64,000 bases of DNA from an uncultured Bacteroidales bacterium (lineage in GTDB: Bacteria > Bacteroidota > Bacteroidia > Bacteroidales > UBA3824), in NCBI GenBank assembly GCA_946409405.1, contig CAMJWL010000001.1:310-64309 (forward strand). Direction: 5' to 3'. The translations under genes were made by a program, and so were the position numbers. The notes beneath the pieces are model-generated. The model ran no database searches, had not been told where the DNA came from, and worked only from the letters and a program-made list of their open reading frames with translations. This document shows, one piece after another, positions 1-8,327 of the stretch (its first letter is position 1; every line of letters starts with the position of its first letter).

Positions 1-2
1 GT

Positions 3-161
3 CGAAGGGTTGACCTTACACCGTTGTTTGCCTATCCTGCATTCCAAGAACTGCGAGACAAAAACAAGTTCGTACAATTTGGTCTTGAAGATACCATCTT
101 TTGGGCAAACGGCGCGGACATTGCTCCCGAATACCTTTATGAAATCGGTAAGGCGGCGTGA
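3..161 (+). CDS. C-terminal fragment of a DUF2442-like small protein (5' end lies outside the window)
   Basis: Frame 3 is open from the window edge to TGA at 159-161. It reads ...FVQFGLEDTIFWANGADIAPEYLYEIGKAA, the W-x-x-G-x-D-I-x-P-E-x-L-Y ending I associate with DUF2442. It is absent from the ORF track because no start lies in the window. Confidence 0.45.
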   Translation, partial: RRVDLTPLFAYPAFQELRDKNKFVQFGLEDTIFWANGADIAPEYLYEIGKAA

Positions 162-168
162 GTTGAAT

Positions 169-384
169 TTAGTCGCCTTTTTCATCCACCTCCTTCCAAA
201 TTTTCTGGTATATCGACCGTCTGAAATTTAGCACACCACTCATAATTCCAGGCATTGTGTGCATACTGCCGCATTTGGGACATTGCATCGGCATACTCAA
301 TGCCGTCGCAAGATATTCGATGTTTGGCGCGACGAAACGTTTGCCGCAGTCGTCGCAGGTGAAGATGGTGTAGCCGAGGAGCAT
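169..384 (-). CDS. small zinc-ribbon protein, function unknown
   Basis: 71-aa ORF with two CxxC pairs (CDDCGK ... CPKCGS) typical of a Zn-ribbon. It sits in the AT-rich accessory block. Confidence 0.5.
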   Translation of the reverse strand: MLLGYTIFTCDDCGKRFVAPNIEYLATALSMPMQCPKCGSMHTMPGIMSGVLNFRRSIYQKIWKEVDEKGD

Positions 385-415
385 GATAGATAGGTTTTAA
401 CTTTCTAATATTTCG

Positions 416-676
416 CTATGCGTATTTTTGTAATACTAATGAGAAAAAATGATATATTTCAGGATAATAATTTGCTTTCTGACGGTCTTTGGCTGAGAAA
501 AAGACTTTTGCAATATATTTGCCGCCGAGCGTAGTGATTAACTCGCGACAATCGTCAAGCGTTCCTTCGTTGAATATTGTCTCCACCAACAAAGAATCGC
601 TTATTTTTTGTTTTTGGCTTTCGGGCGTGTACCAAAACAAATTTTTGTTTTTTTCTATTATTCCTGAGCGTGTCAT
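416..676 (-). CDS. hypothetical small protein
   Basis: 86-aa ORF on the same strand, 31 nt upstream of the Zn-ribbon gene. No motif recognised with certainty. Confidence 0.4.
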   Translation of the reverse strand: MTRSGIIEKNKNLFWYTPESQKQKISDSLLVETIFNEGTLDDCRELITTLGGKYIAKVFFSAKDRQKANYYPEIYHFFSLVLQKYA

Positions 677-868
677 AATTTGTCGTTTTTGTCAACATTG
701 CAAAAATAGTTTTTTTCTGCGGTAGTGCAAAATTTTCAGGAAAGTTTCTTTCGAGAAAAATGTGATGTCAGTCCGTGCAATTTTTGCACATATTGAACAA
801 TGCAAATAAGACGACAAAGGACGGACACTTGTACATCCGCCTTGTCTTGTACAATTGATTGACAAACG

Positions 869-1432
869 TTACAAACGGTCTATCATTTCGAGTTCGCCGC
901 TGTAAATCTGCGACCGCCAATCGTTGTTGCAATAGAAACCACAGGTATCTTGCAGTTTTTGTGCGACTTCTACGCATCTGTCGTCTCCGCCTCCGTGGAA
1001 TTTGATATGATAGCTGCCTTGTTTGCCTGGCGCAGGGTTTTCGCGGGTTACGCTAACATTCCAACCTATGGCTTTGAAGGCGTTGGAGATGGTCTGTGAG
1101 TTCGGATTCAAATAATTTCTCAAAGTCTCCATGTCAGGACATTCGATGATTTCGTCAAATGAATATTGCAAATTGCGCGGCATGAAACGTCCGTATGTAA
1201 CGGCATCATACATCTTTCGCACAAAGTCGCTCATATTGTAAATTTCGACGTTCTTACCCGAATGTACAAGTGTGTAAAACTCGTCGGCGACAGACCTCGA
1301 AACAGTTTCTATCCCCGAAAAATCGAGTAAATAACTATTATTAGGCTCAAGTGTTTTCGCAAACGATACCACCTGCGCCCTTATATGTATTCTTGCGCCG
1401 AAACGCTCTGATAGTTTTATTATTTGTTTCAT
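869..1432 (-). CDS. STAS-like (DUF4325-type) domain protein with an uncharacterised C-terminal extension
   Basis: The N-terminal ~90 aa (YLLDFSGIETVSRSVADEFYTLV) match the DUF4325/STAS-like pattern. The start lies 13 nt after the stop of the upstream GHKL ATPase gene. Confidence 0.7.
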   Translation of the reverse strand: MKQIIKLSERFGARIHIRAQVVSFAKTLEPNNSYLLDFSGIETVSRSVADEFYTLVHSGKNVEIYNMSDFVRKMYDAVTYGRFMPRNLQYSFDEIIECPDMETLRNYLNPNSQTISNAFKAIGWNVSVTRENPAPGKQGSYHIKFHGGGDDRCVEVAQKLQDTCGFYCNNDWRSQIYSGELEMIDRL

Positions 1433-1445
1433 TGCTTCACTTTTT

Positions 1446-2252
1446 TTATATATATTCGTAAATATTGAAATTTTCTGGCATTTTCAGAGGTATTTCCGCA
1501 AAAACTAATGTTCCACTCCATTCTGTTTGTTCCGGCATTGATAATATTATCTTCGAGCCTTTGTTGCATAGCATCAACGCCGATCCTGACAAAATGTACA
1601 TACTGCCATTTAAGCCATTAGTTATCATATTGATATTTTTTGAAATTCCATAACCTCTGTTTTCTGCCTCAGGAAGGTTTTTAGTAGAATATCCGTCTTT
1701 TGCCAACGCTATTGCTTTTGCGTCGCTATCGCCGATGCGGTCAATATATAAATTCTTTTGGACATAACTTCCAAGGATTGATATTCCGTTGTCTGCGATA
1801 CAAACGTCAATTACATTTTTCCCGGGGGGACGCCAATAGTACAATAACCCCTTTTGTGCTTTTGAATGTTCTTTGATATTGTCTGTTATTTCAGCGACAA
1901 ATAGTTTTATCGGGTTCATATTCAAATTACCAATTCCATTCAGAAATTCAGTCAATTTGTCATCTGCCTTTTCTAAATTGGCTTCATCTATATCAAAAAT
2001 ATAATCAGTAATATGGGTTGACAATACCTTGTGTCCACAATTGCTACAATAAAATTCAAGACAGGCATTGAATAGTTTATTGTTTACGTTCCGATTGTCA
2101 ACGGTTACGATACTACCATTCGATGTTATCAGAGCAATAGCATCAAAAAAATTGACAAATACTTTTCTAAAAGGTATATTGTCTCCCATTTCTGAAATTA
2201 TAACCGTATGTCCCATTTCGTTTTCAGTGTATTCTCGCCCCAAAGATAACAT
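1446..2252 (-). CDS. GHKL (histidine-kinase-like / SpoIIAB-like) ATPase
   Basis: N-box EITDNIKEHS, G1 box ADNGISILG and G2 box RGYGISKNI are present. The track ORF begins at a TTG (2330). I prefer ATG at 2252 (MLSLGREY...); ATG at 2216 is also possible. Confidence 0.7.
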   Translation of the reverse strand: MLSLGREYTENEMGHTVIISEMGDNIPFRKVFVNFFDAIALITSNGSIVTVDNRNVNNKLFNACLEFYCSNCGHKVLSTHITDYIFDIDEANLEKADDKLTEFLNGIGNLNMNPIKLFVAEITDNIKEHSKAQKGLLYYWRPPGKNVIDVCIADNGISILGSYVQKNLYIDRIGDSDAKAIALAKDGYSTKNLPEAENRGYGISKNINMITNGLNGSMYILSGSALMLCNKGSKIILSMPEQTEWSGTLVFAEIPLKMPENFNIYEYI

Positions 2253-2386
2253 ATAAAGTTTATATCTGCAAAAAATGTTTTTAAGTATTCGAAATTTCTT
2301 TGGTCGTAGGCGATGAAACGTTTGCCGCAAAGCGCAAACTGGGGATTTTTTTTGCTGTGGAATATGATTTGTAATATGGAGGTAGA

Positions 2387-3739
2387 TTATGAGTTTAGTG
2401 CAATGCGAAATCCATCACAATTTGTACAATTACCTGGATATTGATTATGACGTTCAAACGCATTGCAATATTGCTTTGATTCGAAATAGCAACTGCCGCG
2501 TAGAACTCGATAGTATCCGATTTCATTAGGGCTACCATCAGTGGGTGTATTCTCATAATTACTTTTTCCATCCCAAGCATCTTGACACCATTCACAGACA
2601 TTTCCTAACATATCATAAATACCAAGCCTATTAGGTTGTTTTTCTCCAACACGGTGTGTTTCTCCATTGGAATTCTGTTGATACCAAGCAGTTTTTTCTA
2701 TATTTATATTTCTATGCAGTTTTGAAAAAAGACTTTTCCCACCTTGCGCAGCATATTCCCATTCGGCTTCTGTCGGTAATCTAAAACCGTTTTTAGAATA
2801 ATCTGCAGTAACCGTTGCTTCAATTATTGATTCATTTTTGTATGTCTTATTTTCTATTGTATAAACTTTTTGCATATTTAGCCCTTCGCTCAACCTATTG
2901 CAAAATAAAATAGCGTCATACCATGTTACATTTTCCACTGGATATTTGCCACCTTTATTATTTTTACTTGGATTATACCCCATTATTAATAACCATAGTC
3001 CTTGTGTTACTTGAGTTCCTGCTATAAAGTAACTTGAAATGCTTTTTTCAACTTGATTTGTTTCATTACCCATAATAAATTTACCACCTTTAACATAAAT
3101 CATTGTAAAAGGATATGGGATTGGGAAATCACGATTCTTGCTAAATAATTTTTTAATCTTTGTATATGCGTCAATAATATAATTTGTTTTGTAATATTTT
3201 CTTATTTGCTTGACATAATTATCTAAATCTATGTCGTGTTTGATGTCTCCTAAAACACAACGTATTTTTTTTATTTCTTTCAAATAAAAACCATTCTTTT
3301 TTGCAGCGTTTTCTATTTCAGAATGATTATTGAATTGTTTGTATGATTCTCTTTTGTTTTCCCAAAATTTAATCAGTTTATCAACGAAAGTGTTGTCCAA
3401 TTTAAAATTGCCGCTTTTTATAGGTAGTAATAATCTCTGCCTAATAAGGAATCTGAACTTCATTATTTGTGAATATTCATACATACAATGTTCCGAATAA
3501 AAATATTTTTCACTAAGAACCAATACAATACACTTTCCTTTTTTGCCAATTTCTTTCTCAAATGCAGAGATACTATCTCCCGGTTGTAAATCGTCCATAT
3601 CAATTTTACAATCAAAACCTTCTCTATCTAATTTCTTTTCTAATTCATATGCAATGTCGGCAATATGTTCATATCCAATAGCATTATTATCATTCCTTGC
3701 ATACGAAAAATATACTGGATTCCCTTTATTGATACTCAT
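2387..3739 (-). CDS. TIR domain fused to an FGE-sulfatase (SUMF1/EgtB/PvdO-type) domain
   Basis: The N-terminus (PVYFSYARND...DDLQPGDSI...CIVLVLSEKYFYSEHCMYEYSQI) follows the TIR pattern. The C-terminal half has FGE-sulfatase hallmarks: VTWYDAILFCNRLS, RLPTEAEWEYAAQGG, GNVCEWCQDAW, RVLRGSCYF, GFRIAL. Confidence 0.85.
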   Translation of the reverse strand: MSINKGNPVYFSYARNDNNAIGYEHIADIAYELEKKLDREGFDCKIDMDDLQPGDSISAFEKEIGKKGKCIVLVLSEKYFYSEHCMYEYSQIMKFRFLIRQRLLLPIKSGNFKLDNTFVDKLIKFWENKRESYKQFNNHSEIENAAKKNGFYLKEIKKIRCVLGDIKHDIDLDNYVKQIRKYYKTNYIIDAYTKIKKLFSKNRDFPIPYPFTMIYVKGGKFIMGNETNQVEKSISSYFIAGTQVTQGLWLLIMGYNPSKNNKGGKYPVENVTWYDAILFCNRLSEGLNMQKVYTIENKTYKNESIIEATVTADYSKNGFRLPTEAEWEYAAQGGKSLFSKLHRNINIEKTAWYQQNSNGETHRVGEKQPNRLGIYDMLGNVCEWCQDAWDGKSNYENTPTDGSPNEIGYYRVLRGSCYFESKQYCNAFERHNQYPGNCTNCDGFRIALNS

Positions 3740-3755
3740 TTTTTCAACTTTTTAA

Positions 3756-3797
3756 ATCATAACCCCAAGATTGCCGTACACATATTGGGGTTATGAT
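3756..3797 (-). terminator. 13-bp perfect stem-loop between the dynamin module and the TIR gene (possible terminator, attenuator or processing site)
   Basis: ATCATAACCCCAA (3756-3768) is the exact reverse complement of TTGGGGTTATGAT (3785-3797), with a 16-nt loop. On the minus-strand RNA only UU follows, so it is not a canonical U-tract terminator. Confidence 0.4.
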
Positions 3798-3810
3798 TGT
3801 TATTCCTTTT

Positions 3811-5895
3811 TTACTTCTCTATTCCCATCTCCGCCATGTGTTTCTTCACCTCTGCGCTTTCGGCTTTCAACTTGTCGAGAAGGGCCTTGGCTTCGGCGAT
3901 GGCTTTGGCTTTGTTTGCCATCTTGCTTTGGATTTCGTCGATTTGGTTCTCCAAATCCGTCAAAATGCCCTCGGTATAGACTCCTTTGACGGCAGCAATG
4001 GTTCTCGCTCTACCATTCTCCAAACATGAGTTTAGATACGGCTCGAAATCATAACTGTTTTGAACTTTGTTTATGGTGCTTTTGATTTCCGTCACAAATG
4101 AATTGTGACTGAACCTATTGGCCAATTTGTCAAACAAACCGAAAGTTGCTCCAGTTAGGAAACCCTCAATAATAGCCCCAAATGCAGATTGTTCTTCAGA
4201 ATTGCTTGTATCAATTGGCTCAAAAATGTCGCCATTTTCGATGTCGATTTCGATTTTACGCTGAGCTTCTTTGGCAAGATCTTCCATCTCAACATCGGGT
4301 ATGTATTTGCCACATACCCTTCCCGCCTCGCTGAAAAAATCGCGAACTAACTCGTGCAATTTTTTCTTCATTTCCTGCACGATTTTGTTCATAAGACGTT
4401 TCAACGTTCTCGTATTCAAGATGTTCACTGTGGAGTCAAGTTGCGGTCTAATCACTTCAACATCATCCCATTTACTCCAATCATCGACAATTCTATTTAG
4501 TTGTTTGCATGCAGAATCCACCGCATTTTCCAAATCTTGTCTTCCTGTGTCAATGATGTCAGTCAAGCCGCCACCTGACGAAGAGATTTCCTCCTCCAAA
4601 CCATCAATTTTTTTGCCCAAACGGCTTTTTGCCTTGGAAATTTTTTCCTTCTTCTCGTCGAGATCCTCATCAGAAGTGTTGTAGAGTTTTATGCTGGTTT
4701 CCGTGGTGGCAACTTGCTTGGCAAGGTCTTCCAAACGTTTGGCTGCTGCAGCTTTTACGGCGTTAAGCGGTTTCTTGAACATGATTTCTGCCTTCTCTTT
4801 TTCTATCATGTCCTTGATGGCGGCTATGAGGTCGCCGATGTGGCTTTTCTCGGCAAACTGCTTGTAGTTGCTGATTTCAAAAGTGCCGCAGTGCCTGTCC
4901 CATGCGAATTTATAGGATTCGTTGGACGTGATTTTCGGCATGTCCTTTTCGGCAATTTTTGAGAGCAACGCCATTTCCGCCGACAACGGAATCGGTTCGG
5001 TATCTTTCAGGATTTCCGCCAATGTAGCATCGCCACATTCCTTGCTTGCATTGCGCAGTTCTTTCTTGACGTAATCCTTGATTTCGTCTTCTTTTTCGCC
5101 CTTTTCGTAGGCAAGGTCGTACTTGTTGATGCCAATCAAGACTTTGCCAATGCCGCACTTGCGGACATTCTCAAATAGGATTGTCCGGTCTGTTGCGTCG
5201 AATGCACGACCAGCAAATAGCAACATCACCACCACGTCCGCTTTTACAAGGAAATCTTTTGTGCGCTCCTCGCGCGAAACAATCGGGTCGTTGAAACCGG
5301 GAGTGTCAACTATCTCTACACCTTTCAGATACTCTTTCGGGTAGTAAATTGTTACCGATTTAGTGATGGAAACAAACTTGCCGTCCGCTCCCACGTATTC
5401 CACCAAATTATCGAAGGAATCCTCTTGGGTTTTGCCCAAATACTGCGACAGACTGCCGCCGAGTTTACGGGACTTGTCCACGAGTTCCTGTGCCGCCTGA
5501 ATTTTGGATTTCTCCAATTCGCTTGCGTCGTCAGTGCTTCTGGATGCCAAGGCTTTCTGCTCCTCCCAATCGTTGGTGCTGTAAAAATCAGCCACGATTT
5601 TTTTCTGCTCGCCGTAAGTGATTTTGGAGAGCGCGGCGGTCATCGGCGTAGTAGCCGCCGGAAGCACGTCCTCTTCAAACACAAAGGCATTCAGGAACGT
5701 CGATTTGCCGCACTTCATCTGTCCAATGACGCCGATGGTCAGCGTGTCCTGATTGATTTTTGCAATCAAATCATCGGCGGTCTTGCTGTTTTTGGCATCG
5801 TCAGAATCAAACCATTTGAACTCTTTGGCTTTCGTTACCATCGAAATCAAATCCTGCTTCTTCTGATGCAGTTCCTCAAAAATGTTCTGTGCCAT
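3811..5895 (-). CDS. dynamin-like GTPase C (soluble BDLP/LeoA-like architecture)
   Basis: G1 GVIGQMKCGKSTFLNA, G2 region TTPMTA, G3 DTPGFND, G4 INKYD, then a ~450-aa helical stalk. The start overlaps the upstream stop as TAATG. Confidence 0.85.
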   Translation of the reverse strand: MAQNIFEELHQKKQDLISMVTKAKEFKWFDSDDAKNSKTADDLIAKINQDTLTIGVIGQMKCGKSTFLNAFVFEEDVLPAATTPMTAALSKITYGEQKKIVADFYSTNDWEEQKALASRSTDDASELEKSKIQAAQELVDKSRKLGGSLSQYLGKTQEDSFDNLVEYVGADGKFVSITKSVTIYYPKEYLKGVEIVDTPGFNDPIVSREERTKDFLVKADVVVMLLFAGRAFDATDRTILFENVRKCGIGKVLIGINKYDLAYEKGEKEDEIKDYVKKELRNASKECGDATLAEILKDTEPIPLSAEMALLSKIAEKDMPKITSNESYKFAWDRHCGTFEISNYKQFAEKSHIGDLIAAIKDMIEKEKAEIMFKKPLNAVKAAAAKRLEDLAKQVATTETSIKLYNTSDEDLDEKKEKISKAKSRLGKKIDGLEEEISSSGGGLTDIIDTGRQDLENAVDSACKQLNRIVDDWSKWDDVEVIRPQLDSTVNILNTRTLKRLMNKIVQEMKKKLHELVRDFFSEAGRVCGKYIPDVEMEDLAKEAQRKIEIDIENGDIFEPIDTSNSEEQSAFGAIIEGFLTGATFGLFDKLANRFSHNSFVTEIKSTINKVQNSYDFEPYLNSCLENGRARTIAAVKGVYTEGILTDLENQIDEIQSKMANKAKAIAEAKALLDKLKAESAEVKKHMAEMGIEK

Positions 5896-7928
5896 TATTT
5901 CAGTTCGTTAAATTCTTTGATTTTCTTTTTCAGGTTTTCCTGAATTTCGGTGATGCGTTTGTTTCGTGATTCGTTAGTTCCTTTGTCGTCATACAAACTA
6001 AGCATCTCGATAACGGCTTTTTTGTACGGAAGGAAATTTTCATTCCACAAATTTATCACACCGTTAGAGATTGCATACTGTTTGTTACAGATTGCTTTCA
6101 GTTTGTATTGCAGAGAGTTGTATTCCGACTTTGAAAATTCAATAACATCATCTCTGAACCACTTTTCTTCATATGTTCCATAATCTGAAGCGGCTTCGCA
6201 ATCGTTTTTACAGTCTGCGCAATCGTCAGTAATATTGTCAACGATGTTGCTAATATTGTTGAAAAGTTCGTCCACTCTTTTATCTGACGCATCGCATTTT
6301 GAGATTGATTCCTGACAAGCCTGATTACATAGCCCCACCAAGTCGTTGACCCATTCTTGGACATCTTTCAAATAGCCACTTGTGTCATTGGAACGAGGAA
6401 CACTTTTTATAGTGTTCATTAGTTCATCGAAGTATTTCTGCCCTACCTTGTCCGACGATGAGAATCTGATGAATTTTTGAACAGATACACCTTCGTTTGA
6501 CAATGTACGTTGGATGAGGTTCTCCACTTGCTGTACATCTCTGTCCGATTTTGTATCAACCTTGTTGATAACCACATAAAGCGGTTTCCCCAAATGCTCT
6601 TTTATCACTTTGATGGATGATTTGTTTACTGTACCCGCATTAACATCGAATACCCAAAACAAAGCATCACACTCGTTGATAACATCAATTGTCCTTTGCG
6701 CATCCTCAGAATCATTGGAATTGAAACCAGGAGTATCCAATATGCTGAGATTGTTGAGGTTGCTGTTCTTGTATTCCATCACAAAATATTTCAGCATCGC
6801 CGAAACACCGTCAACCTCGTCCAACACTTCTTTGTTGATTTTCATGAATGTTTCTTTGCTCATTTGTTTCAATACATTGTCTGGCGAAACAAACTGAAAT
6901 TTATCAATATTTCCTCCAGTGATGTACGTGGGAATTGCGGTTGTCGCTTTGGCACTTACGGGTAGTTTTGCTGTATTGGAATCTCCCTGAGACAGAATCC
7001 TGTTTACAATGGACGTTTTGCCCGCCGAAAATTCGCCCACAAAGGCAATCGCCGTTTTGTTGGCAATCCACTTTTTGCGGCTTGTCGCAGCCCAATCTAA
7101 TGCCCCGAAAAAATAGTATTTCTCGTGGTCATGTAGATTTTCGTTGGAATCTTCAGGCCTTTGCAAACATTCCAAAACCCACGGATATAGTTGTTCCAAA
7201 ATTATGTCCTGAATGTCGTCGATTACATCGTACAATTTGGACATTTGGCTACCGCTTTGGGTTGCCTTTGCCGTCAGCACTTCTTTTACAAATGCCAATG
7301 ATTCTTTTTTTAGTTCCGCCGACCTTTCCGCATCTTTAAGGTCCACCGAAAGCGTTTGCACCTGTTCGTTTGCCGCTTCCAAATCTTTCTTCGACTTCCT
7401 CAAATCGTCTTCGATTTGTTTTTTTTGTTCCTCAAGTTTGCGTTTTTCTTTTTTCAACTTGTCGTTGAAATCCTCTTCCAAATCATCTTTCTCTTCCTCC
7501 AAGTCGGAGATTTTCTTTTTGAGTTTTTTGATTTCGTCAGAAGCCGATGCATCAACTTTGCCTTGCTGTGCGTTTTGCAGACGCTTGTCGAGGTCTTTGT
7601 TTTCGGACTCGAGTTGTGAGAGTTTCTTCTGCAAATCTGCTTTCTCTTTATTAAGAGAATCAATTTGCTCCTGTTGTGCTATTGATTGTGTAGCGTTGCC
7701 CTTGGATTCGAGGTTTTTCAGTTGCGTCAGCAATTCGTTTTTCTCTTTGTTGAGAGCATCGAGTTGTTTTTGCAACGCATCAGTTTTGGCATTCGTTTTT
7801 ACCTCAGCCAATTTCCTGTTAGAATCGGACGCAGAAAGTTGGTTGTTGTTTTTTGGCTTAATGAATATCAACGCCAAGCCGAAACCCGCCACAATGCAAC
7901 AGATGAATGCTATTGTCGTTGTTGCCAT
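5895..7928 (-). CDS. dynamin-like GTPase B with an N-terminal TM helix and a long coiled coil
   Basis: TM helix IAFICCIVAGFGLALIFI, then ~200 aa of K/E/L/Q coiled coil. GTPase motifs follow: G1 GEFSAGKTS (aa 298-306), ATTAIPT, G3 DTPGFNS, G4 INKVD. The start overlaps the upstream stop as TAATG. Confidence 0.85.
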   Translation of the reverse strand: MATTTIAFICCIVAGFGLALIFIKPKNNNQLSASDSNRKLAEVKTNAKTDALQKQLDALNKEKNELLTQLKNLESKGNATQSIAQQEQIDSLNKEKADLQKKLSQLESENKDLDKRLQNAQQGKVDASASDEIKKLKKKISDLEEEKDDLEEDFNDKLKKEKRKLEEQKKQIEDDLRKSKKDLEAANEQVQTLSVDLKDAERSAELKKESLAFVKEVLTAKATQSGSQMSKLYDVIDDIQDIILEQLYPWVLECLQRPEDSNENLHDHEKYYFFGALDWAATSRKKWIANKTAIAFVGEFSAGKTSIVNRILSQGDSNTAKLPVSAKATTAIPTYITGGNIDKFQFVSPDNVLKQMSKETFMKINKEVLDEVDGVSAMLKYFVMEYKNSNLNNLSILDTPGFNSNDSEDAQRTIDVINECDALFWVFDVNAGTVNKSSIKVIKEHLGKPLYVVINKVDTKSDRDVQQVENLIQRTLSNEGVSVQKFIRFSSSDKVGQKYFDELMNTIKSVPRSNDTSGYLKDVQEWVNDLVGLCNQACQESISKCDASDKRVDELFNNISNIVDNITDDCADCKNDCEAASDYGTYEEKWFRDDVIEFSKSEYNSLQYKLKAICNKQYAISNGVINLWNENFLPYKKAVIEMLSLYDDKGTNESRNKRITEIQENLKKKIKEFNELK

Positions 7929-8323
7929 TATTCTTTGTCTTTAAGTTGTTTGAGTTGAATTTGCAGAACTTCGCAGTTCTCTTTGTACTCCTTGACCTTG
8001 CGTTCAAGTTCCTCGTTCTGCAAGGTGAGGCTCTTGATTTTGCTCTTTGCCGAGTCAAGTTCGTCCTCCAAGTCATCCTTGGAATTGTCTGTGTCTTTGA
8101 ATTTTGCTCGCAGTTTTTTGTTCTCGGCAATCAAGTCTTCCTCCTTACGCTCCAAATCCTTATTGCGGTTGCGGAATTTCTCGTTCTCTGCAAGCACTTC
8201 ATCCAACTGCGACTGCAAAGAGTTTTTCTCTTTGTTGCCGCCCATGATTTTGTCTTTCAAGGCAATGCCGGTTGCTGCGCCCGCTACAAAGCCTACTACT
8301 GCTCCTATCATGCTGAATCTCAT
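7928..8323 (-). CDS. membrane-anchored coiled-coil protein (glycine-zipper TM helix, YtxH-like N-terminus)
   Basis: 131 aa: IGAVVGFVAGAATGIAL followed by an uninterrupted K/E/L heptad-like sequence. It lies 4 nt after the DLP-A stop and overlaps the DLP-B start. Confidence 0.7.
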   Translation of the reverse strand: MRFSMIGAVVGFVAGAATGIALKDKIMGGNKEKNSLQSQLDEVLAENEKFRNRNKDLERKEEDLIAENKKLRAKFKDTDNSKDDLEDELDSAKSKIKSLTLQNEELERKVKEYKENCEVLQIQLKQLKDKE

Positions 8324-8327
8324 TGAA

